Shown here piece after piece: positions 28,158 to 34,224 of a stretch of 34,224 nucleotides of DNA. Every line of letters starts with the position of its first letter. The first letter of the stretch is position 1. Location: sequence record SRR22947725_2615; one strand, written 5' to 3'. The notes under the pieces were generated by a model. The model worked only from the letters and a program-made list of their open reading frames with translations. It searched no databases and had not been told where the DNA came from. The translations under genes and the position numbers were made by a program.

Positions 28158-31100
28158 ATGTCAGAAAAACAGCATGAACCCATCGCATTAGAGCTAGCTC
28201 AATCTGTAAAAACAAACAATAAACAAATTCTCTACCTTTGTGATTCAGACAAAGAAGCTAGATTGCTAAAAAATGAGCTTAAATTATTCATGGATGATAA
28301 TCTGATTGGGTATTACCCTGAAAGAGAAATACTGCCTTATGATAGATTTTCAACTGCAGACTCAATAGTTCAAGAAAGAATTAATCTTTTAAATTCTGAC
28401 AAGTCAAACTTCAAAATTATTATCACAAGTTGCATAAACCTATTTGAAAAATTGCCCTCAAAGGATTTCTTTGTTGCTAGGAAGAAATATAAAATTTATG
28501 ACTCGTTAAGTATAAAAGATCTAACACTAAGCTTAGAAGCTTTAAATTATGAGCGCACAGATAAAGTTGATGCAATCAATCAATACACTGTTAGAGGAGG
28601 AGTTGTTGATTTTTATTCAGGATTTCAGCTTCAACCCATAAGAGTTGATTTCTTTGGAGATCAAATAGATGACATCAGAGAATTTGATCCCTCATCACAA
28701 AATATGACAAATAAATTATCTGAATTTCAATTATTTAGTGGATCAGAAGTTCAATTAGACGAAGAATCAATAGGTAGATTTAAATACGCATGGCGGAATT
28801 ATTTTCAAAGCTATGATGAGAGACATTGCGAAATATTTCAAAGTTTAGCTTCTGGAAAGTATCTAGAAGGGTATGAAATTTATAACCCTCTTATTCAATC
28901 AGGTAATTCTAATTTAGTAGATTATTTCACTGAATTTAGTCTGATTAAACCTAACAAAATAGATCAAATATTAACCTCATACCTAGCTTTTGTTGCAGAG
29001 CGGTATCTAGAGGAATCAATTGATTCTTCAAGGCCTATATTAAAACCCAAGGACTATATTTTTGAATTTAAAGATCTTCAAGTTTATTTGAAATCAGCTG
29101 ATCAAATGAGTCTTTCAGATGCAAAACTAACTATTGACCATTCCAAAGAAAAAAATATCCAGTTAAAAATGCTAATAGATAAACAGGTAAATGGAATAAT
29201 AGATACCCTTCTGGTTACTTCTTCTGAGCAAACTAAATTAGATAAAATTAACAAGCAATATAGGGCAAGCATTACCTCGCTTCCATTTACTCTTAAGAAT
29301 GGAATTTTTAGTTGTATGCATCTACCCGTTCGTTCATTTATCAGTACAAATGGAAAGTTTGTTCATTTAAATCTAGATGAAATATTAAATTCAGAAATAT
29401 TGAGCCCAACGTCTACCTCAGCAAATCAAGACTCACTTATAGAAAACTTTGAAAACCCATTTCAAGATGATGAGCTTGTTATACATGTTGATTATGGTGT
29501 AGGCATTTATAAGGGCCTGGAGCTTTTAAAAACTAATTCAAGCGAAGAAGAATATATAAGAATTGAATACCTCGAAAATGAGATTTTATATGTTCCCATT
29601 AGACAGGCATATTTAGTTTCCAAGTTTCAAGTATCACAAACTCATGGGGTGCGTCTTGACTCTTTATCCTCTGCTAAATGGAAAGTAAAAAAAGAAAAAG
29701 CAAAAATTAAAGCTCGAGATCATGCAGCAGAGTTACTCGACATAGAATCCAGACGCTCAGTAGCAACTTCATATCAGCTCATCTGTGAACAAAGCTCCTA
29801 TCAGGAATTTGATAAAGATTTTCCATATGTTCTTACATCAGATCAAGTTAACTGTATTAAAGATATTTTGAAAGATATGGCTCTCGTTAAGCCAATGAAT
29901 AGAGTTATATGCGGAGATGTTGGTTTTGGAAAAACTGAAGTTGCAATGCGTGGTGCGTTTGTTGGAGTGCATGCAAAAAAACAAGTCATGGTTCTTGCAC
30001 CCAGTACTGTTTTAGCTAAACAACATTTAGAAAGCTTCACAAGTAGGTTTGTTAATTTTCCAGTCAATATAGAACTTTTAACCAGGCACACTTCATTAAA
30101 GAATAAATCAAAAATATATGATGACTTCAAACATGGAAAAATTGATATTTTGATCGGGACTCATGCCTTGTTAAATAATGATATCTCTCTAGAAAATCTT
30201 GGACTTTTGATAATTGATGAAGAGCATCGTTTTGGAATAAAGCAAAAAGAAATCATTAAATCTAGACAGTCCACAACACATATTTTATATATGTCTGCCA
30301 CACCAATACCTAGGACACTAAATCTTGTATATTCAGGATTAAAAGATTTCTCATATTTGTATACACCTCCGTTAGAAAGACTAAGTGTAAGAACTTTTTT
30401 GAACACACAGAATCAGCAAATTATTAAGAATGCAATTGACAGAGAATTAGCCCGTGGCGGACAAGTTTTTTTGGTTCAAAATAATATATCGAAAATGGAA
30501 GGCTTAAAAAATCAAATTAAAAATTTAGTTCCAGAAGCCAATATTGATATTGCTCATGGAAAATTATCCAAAAAAGACATTACCAATACGATGAATGGCT
30601 TTAATTCAAATTCAATAGATATTCTTATATGCACAACGATAGTTGAAATGGGATTAGATATACCAAATGCAAATACGATAATTGTCATTGATGCTCATAA
30701 TTTTGGCCTATCACAATTACATCAATTGAGAGGACGAGTCGGACGATCTATGCGACAAGCATACTGCTATCTATTAATTCCAACCCAAGACCTTAAAAAA
30801 GCACCACAGGCGAAGCTAGATTCATTGGTTAAATATTCAGATCTTGGATCAGGCTACTTTATTGCTCAAGAAGATTTGGAAATTAGGGGTGCTGGTGATT
30901 TTCTCGGTGTTAAGCAAAGCGGGCATATAGAAGCCATCGGTCTGAGCATGTATCTATCAATGCTTAAAAGTGCAGTCAATGATCTCAAGGGACATAAACC
31001 AGACAAGATCTTGGATACTGAAATTAACTTTAATGATCGAGCCTTAATTCCTGATACCTATTTACCGGTTGCAAATGAGAGACTGAAAATTTATAGATCT

Positions 31101-31442
31101 TTAAATGATGCAAGAAGCGATGAGGAAATTGATAAGATATTAGAAGAGCTTAAAGATCGATGTGGTAAACCCAATGATGATTTATTAAATCTAATTGAAA
31201 GTTCAAAATTGAGGATACTTGCTAATAAAGTGGGTATTAAAAAAATCTATTCAAACCTAGAAAACGCAATGATTACATTTAATAATAATTTAAGTGATCA
31301 AGTTTATAAAAAATTAATTGGGTTGATTCAAACTGGATCAGCTAAGATAAAACTTGATAAAGAAAATAAAATAACTCTTGATGTCTCTAAGAATAACAAC
31401 AAAAGAATTGCTGTTGCAGAGCTGCTAAATGAACTCGTTTAG
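28158..31442 (+). CDS. mfd: Transcription-repair coupling factor
   Basis: 1094 aa; EILPYD, RGGVVD, RID VIHVDYGVG, GDVGFGKT, DEEHRFG, SATPIPR, QLRGRVGR, DLEIRGAG. Confidence 0.97.
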   Translation: MSEKQHEPIALELAQSVKTNNKQILYLCDSDKEARLLKNELKLFMDDNLIGYYPEREILPYDRFSTADSIVQERINLLNSDKSNFKIIITSCINLFEKLPSKDFFVARKKYKIYDSLSIKDLTLSLEALNYERTDKVDAINQYTVRGGVVDFYSGFQLQPIRVDFFGDQIDDIREFDPSSQNMTNKLSEFQLFSGSEVQLDEESIGRFKYAWRNYFQSYDERHCEIFQSLASGKYLEGYEIYNPLIQSGNSNLVDYFTEFSLIKPNKIDQILTSYLAFVAERYLEESIDSSRPILKPKDYIFEFKDLQVYLKSADQMSLSDAKLTIDHSKEKNIQLKMLIDKQVNGIIDTLLVTSSEQTKLDKINKQYRASITSLPFTLKNGIFSCMHLPVRSFISTNGKFVHLNLDEILNSEILSPTSTSANQDSLIENFENPFQDDELVIHVDYGVGIYKGLELLKTNSSEEEYIRIEYLENEILYVPIRQAYLVSKFQVSQTHGVRLDSLSSAKWKVKKEKAKIKARDHAAELLDIESRRSVATSYQLICEQSSYQEFDKDFPYVLTSDQVNCIKDILKDMALVKPMNRVICGDVGFGKTEVAMRGAFVGVHAKKQVMVLAPSTVLAKQHLESFTSRFVNFPVNIELLTRHTSLKNKSKIYDDFKHGKIDILIGTHALLNNDISLENLGLLIIDEEHRFGIKQKEIIKSRQSTTHILYMSATPIPRTLNLVYSGLKDFSYLYTPPLERLSVRTFLNTQNQQIIKNAIDRELARGGQVFLVQNNISKMEGLKNQIKNLVPEANIDIAHGKLSKKDITNTMNGFNSNSIDILICTTIVEMGLDIPNANTIIVIDAHNFGLSQLHQLRGRVGRSMRQAYCYLLIPTQDLKKAPQAKLDSLVKYSDLGSGYFIAQEDLEIRGAGDFLGVKQSGHIEAIGLSMYLSMLKSAVNDLKGHKPDKILDTEINFNDRALIPDTYLPVANERLKIYRSLNDARSDEEIDKILEELKDRCGKPNDDLLNLIESSKLRILANKVGIKKIYSNLENAMITFNNNLSDQVYKKLIGLIQTGSAKIKLDKENKITLDVSKNNNKRIAVAELLNELV

Positions 31443-32304
31443 ATTGCTTGCAACGTTATTTATTTTCAGCTTGAGCACTTTTGCTTACAGTGAAAATAAT
31501 AATGAATATATGATCGAGGTCATTGTTTTTGAGCAGCTTGAAGTAATTGGCAATGAAAAACTTGAACCAAAAAATTTAAATCTTCACAATCTCGATACCA
31601 TAGCCTTGCTAGATACACCTGCAATTGTTATTAATGAAGAAATAATTTCACAATCCTTTAACTACGAAGATGCTGGTTTTTTTGAAGATCAGTTGAATAT
31701 TGAGGAGATAATAGATAAGCAAAAAAAGGAGGCCTCTGATCCCCCACCATCATTAAAGAAAATAGATGAAACCAAATGGTTTGAGAAACAACAAGACCTT
31801 AACCAGCTTAATAATATTTATCGAAGGCTTGATCGAAGAAAAGAATATCGAATTCTGCACAAAGCATCTTGGCTCCAACCAGCTTTAGGTGAGGACAACT
31901 CTCCTTTTGTGCATGAAATATTTGGCAATAATGGATTTTTAATTAAGCTATACCAAAGCAGGTATTTGCACCTTGATGTAATTGCTTATCTCGATGGCAA
32001 TTTGAGTCCAGAAAATAATCAAGAGTTGATAAAAGAAATAAGATTTGATGCTTTAAAAAGCTCCATACCAGACAGTGTTATAAATCATAAAATCGAGATA
32101 GGCTCTGAAATAATAAACTCAGATGAAATATTTAAAACTGAGCCTAAAATAGCTCAAACTAGAACTAACTTATCTAAAGCCATAGAAGCTTCCGAAGTAA
32201 AGTATTTGCTGAATGAAGAAAGAAGGATTTTTAAAAATGAATCCCACTATTTTGATCACCCAAAGATAGGTGTAATTATCTCAGTTTACGATTCATCCTT
32301 GTAA
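31429..32304 (+). CDS. CsiV-like (DUF2803) periplasmic peptidoglycan-binding protein
   Basis: Signal peptide, YMIEVIVF, ILHKASWLQP, RYLHLD, HYFDHPKIGVII; position downstream of mfd. Confidence 0.75.
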   Translation: MNSFRLLATLFIFSLSTFAYSENNNEYMIEVIVFEQLEVIGNEKLEPKNLNLHNLDTIALLDTPAIVINEEIISQSFNYEDAGFFEDQLNIEEIIDKQKKEASDPPPSLKKIDETKWFEKQQDLNQLNNIYRRLDRRKEYRILHKASWLQPALGEDNSPFVHEIFGNNGFLIKLYQSRYLHLDVIAYLDGNLSPENNQELIKEIRFDALKSSIPDSVINHKIEIGSEIINSDEIFKTEPKIAQTRTNLSKAIEASEVKYLLNEERRIFKNESHYFDHPKIGVIISVYDSSL

Positions 32305-32888
32305 AATGCATTTTCATCTAAGCTGTGATCTGTCATATCCTTAACACCAACAAGTTCTGGCAGTTTTTCTAATAGAGTTTTTTCTATACCATCTTTTAAT
32401 GTTACATCTACCATCCCGCAACCCTGACACCCCCCTCCAAATTGAAGAATGGCATACATATCGTCTGTTATCTCCATGAGACTTACAACACCACCATGCG
32501 ATTCAAGCATAGGATTGATTTCGTTATAAATTACGTAATTGACTCTATCTTCTAAAGGGCTATCAGGTGAAATATTAGGTAATCTTGCATTGGGAGCTTT
32601 GATCGTAAGCTGGCCACCAAAATTATCTACATCATAATTAACTTCAGCATCTACCAGAAAAGGAATGCTTCTTTCTTCAACATACACAGAAAGTTTGGGC
32701 AATGAGATTAAAGTGTCTGAGGGAACCAATTCATCAGGTTTGCAATAAGCTAAACAAGTTTCTGCATTTGGGGTGCCTGGATCAGAAATAAAAACTCTGA
32801 CAGCAGTGCCAGGCTCATTCTTGTCTTCTATCAACTTAGACAGATAATCTTCGGCAGTATTTGTTATTGTGATAATCTTGCTTGTCAT
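32286..32888 (-). CDS. nfuA: Fe/S biogenesis protein NfuA
   Basis: RVFISDPGTPNAET, QLTIKAPNAR, INPMLESHGG, FGGGCQGC. Confidence 0.95.
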   Translation of the reverse strand: MTSKIITITNTAEDYLSKLIEDKNEPGTAVRVFISDPGTPNAETCLAYCKPDELVPSDTLISLPKLSVYVEERSIPFLVDAEVNYDVDNFGGQLTIKAPNARLPNISPDSPLEDRVNYVIYNEINPMLESHGGVVSLMEITDDMYAILQFGGGCQGCGMVDVTLKDGIEKTLLEKLPELVGVKDMTDHSLDENAFYKDES

Positions 32889-32891
32889 AAT

Positions 32892-33053
32892 ATGTGGTTT
32901 AAAAGAATACTAGCTTCGTTAATGGGCGTGCGTTCGTCGAAAGATCTTGCAGATGATCTTAACAATTTCAGCATTCCTAAATTTATTATTTTATTTATAA
33001 CCTTAAATGTAGTTTTTATAGCCTTTATTATACTCGCAATTAATTTGATATGA
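32892..33053 (+). CDS. Small membrane protein, DUF2970-like
   Basis: Not in the ORF track (53 aa): MWFKRILASLMGVRSSKDLADDLNNFSIPKFIILFITLNVVFIAFIILAINLI. It has the GVRS.K...D motif followed by a TM helix, and an ATGA overlap with the trmA start. Confidence 0.72.
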   Translation: MWFKRILASLMGVRSSKDLADDLNNFSIPKFIILFITLNVVFIAFIILAINLI

Positions 33054-34057
33054 ATAAGTTGTCTAAATTCTGCCACGAACTATCTAACCATACTGATATT
33101 AAGCCTGAGATTTATTTATCACCAGCAACAGGCTACAGAGCAAGAGCCGAGTTTGGGTTTGGCAATAATCTCTACACAATGATTGATGATAACCAAAAAA
33201 TTTACATGGAGAAATCATCGATTCCTCACCCAATCATTGAACGGCTGATGCCAAATTTGCTCGCTAAAATTAACCATTCTGAGCTCATGCAAGGGAAGTT
33301 ATTTCAAATTAATTTTAGAACTTCGGGAACAAAGGTTTTGGCCACACTGATTTACCATAAGCCGCTTCAAGAAGACTGGATTTTAGCTGCAAAGGATATA
33401 CAAGACAGCCTAGGAAACTTATCTATTATTGGAAGAAGCAAAAAACAAAAAATATTAATTGGCGAAGAAGATCTAGAAGTGATCTGCAATTATGCTAACT
33501 CTAGTTTTAAGATCTTGCAAAATGATTTGGTTTTTTTTCAGCCTAATTTTTATCTTTACTCTTTAATGATTTCATTCATTACCAAACAACTAGAAAATCC
33601 CAGGGATTTATTAGAGCTATATTGTGGTTGTGGGGGCTTTACTCTACCCTTGGCATCAAAATTTAATAAAGTTTTTGCCACTGAAAATAATAGACATTCA
33701 ATTAGACTGCTGAAAGAATCCATCAAATTAAATAATCTTTACAATATTGAAAGTGCAAGGCTCTCAGACAATGAAACAGCATCTGCACTTGCTAATGAAC
33801 GACCCTTTAGAAGATTGAAAAATATTAATATGCAATCCTATGAATTCAGTCATATTTTAGTGGATCCACCTCGAGCTGGATTAAGCGATGAGACAATTGC
33901 CCTATCAAAACAATTTAAAAATATGATTTATATTTCTTGTAACCCAGAAACATTTTTAAGAGACTTAGTTACAGTAGAGAGAAAGATAGAATCGATTGGT
34001 ATTTTTGATCAATTTGCTAATACGCAACACTTAGAAGTTATTGCGTTGCTGAAATAG
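33050..34057 (+). CDS. trmA: tRNA (uracil-5-)-methyltransferase
   Basis: YRARAEF, TLIYHK, FFQPN, LLELYCGCGGFTL, VDPPRAG, YISCNP, DQF.NTQHLE. Confidence 0.9.
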   Translation: MNKLSKFCHELSNHTDIKPEIYLSPATGYRARAEFGFGNNLYTMIDDNQKIYMEKSSIPHPIIERLMPNLLAKINHSELMQGKLFQINFRTSGTKVLATLIYHKPLQEDWILAAKDIQDSLGNLSIIGRSKKQKILIGEEDLEVICNYANSSFKILQNDLVFFQPNFYLYSLMISFITKQLENPRDLLELYCGCGGFTLPLASKFNKVFATENNRHSIRLLKESIKLNNLYNIESARLSDNETASALANERPFRRLKNINMQSYEFSHILVDPPRAGLSDETIALSKQFKNMIYISCNPETFLRDLVTVERKIESIGIFDQFANTQHLEVIALLK

Positions 34058-34064
34058 TAAAATT

Positions 34065-34224
34065 CTAAACTCTATTATTTGATTTATTTTTATCTGAAGT
34101 GATATTTTGACTATTCTTTTCTGCGGCCTGCTTTAGCTTAGCTTCGGCAAGCATCCAGTCAACTATTTTATCCTCTTGATCTTTTGAGGTAGCTTGCAAG
34201 AGCTTTTTATGAAGAAAGTCCATT
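34065..34224 (-). CDS. Probable 3' end of a gene entering from the right edge; product unknown
   Basis: Open frame MDFLHKKLLQATSKDQEDKIVDWMLAEAKLKQAAEKNSQNITSDKNKSNNRV* ending 7 nt from the trmA stop; no recognisable motif. Confidence 0.5.
   Translation of the reverse strand, partial: MDFLHKKLLQATSKDQEDKIVDWMLAEAKLKQAAEKNSQNITSDKNKSNNRV

Noticed and set aside
3156-30406. Other short track ORFs nested in or antisense to prx, cyclase, DUF1330, clpA, icd, purB, nqr, gap, ACAD and mfd
   Set aside because: Fully overlapped by well-supported genes; no independent coding evidence
32885-33076. 63-aa minus-strand ORF upstream of nfuA
   Set aside because: Antisense to the better-supported DUF2970-like ORF and the trmA start; no motif

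Overview
AT-rich, very densely packed bacterial chromosome segment from a streamlined gammaproteobacterium. Gene content and compaction suggest a marine SAR86-like organism (inference). Left to right it holds: a histidine operon on the minus strand (TrpR-like hisR/yerC, long-form hisG, and a single ORF fusing HisD to the HisB/IGPD domain that runs off the window edge); a peroxiredoxin; a beta-hydroxyacid dehydrogenase; a two-gene Na+/solute (ActP-like) symporter; a pair of apparently exported metallo-hydrolases; a canonical XerCD dif site (8487-8514, so probably the replication terminus); and DUF1330. A core block follows: infA, clpA, clpS, icd, mnmA, purB, aceA, the full Na+-NQR operon with apbE and nqrM, an N-terminally extended GAPDH, a PimC/PimD-like acyl-CoA dehydrogenase pair, mfd, a csiV-like gene, nfuA, a DUF2970-like gene and trmA. 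Four CDS are missing from the ORF track: hisD-hisB, nqrM, the DUF2970-like gene and a right-edge fragment. The highlights are the HisD-HisB fusion, a perfect 20-bp palindromic operator in a leaderless his promoter, the dif site, and the uncharacterised exported cyclase + MBL-fold pair next to dif. I saw no rRNA, tRNA, CRISPR array or transposase.
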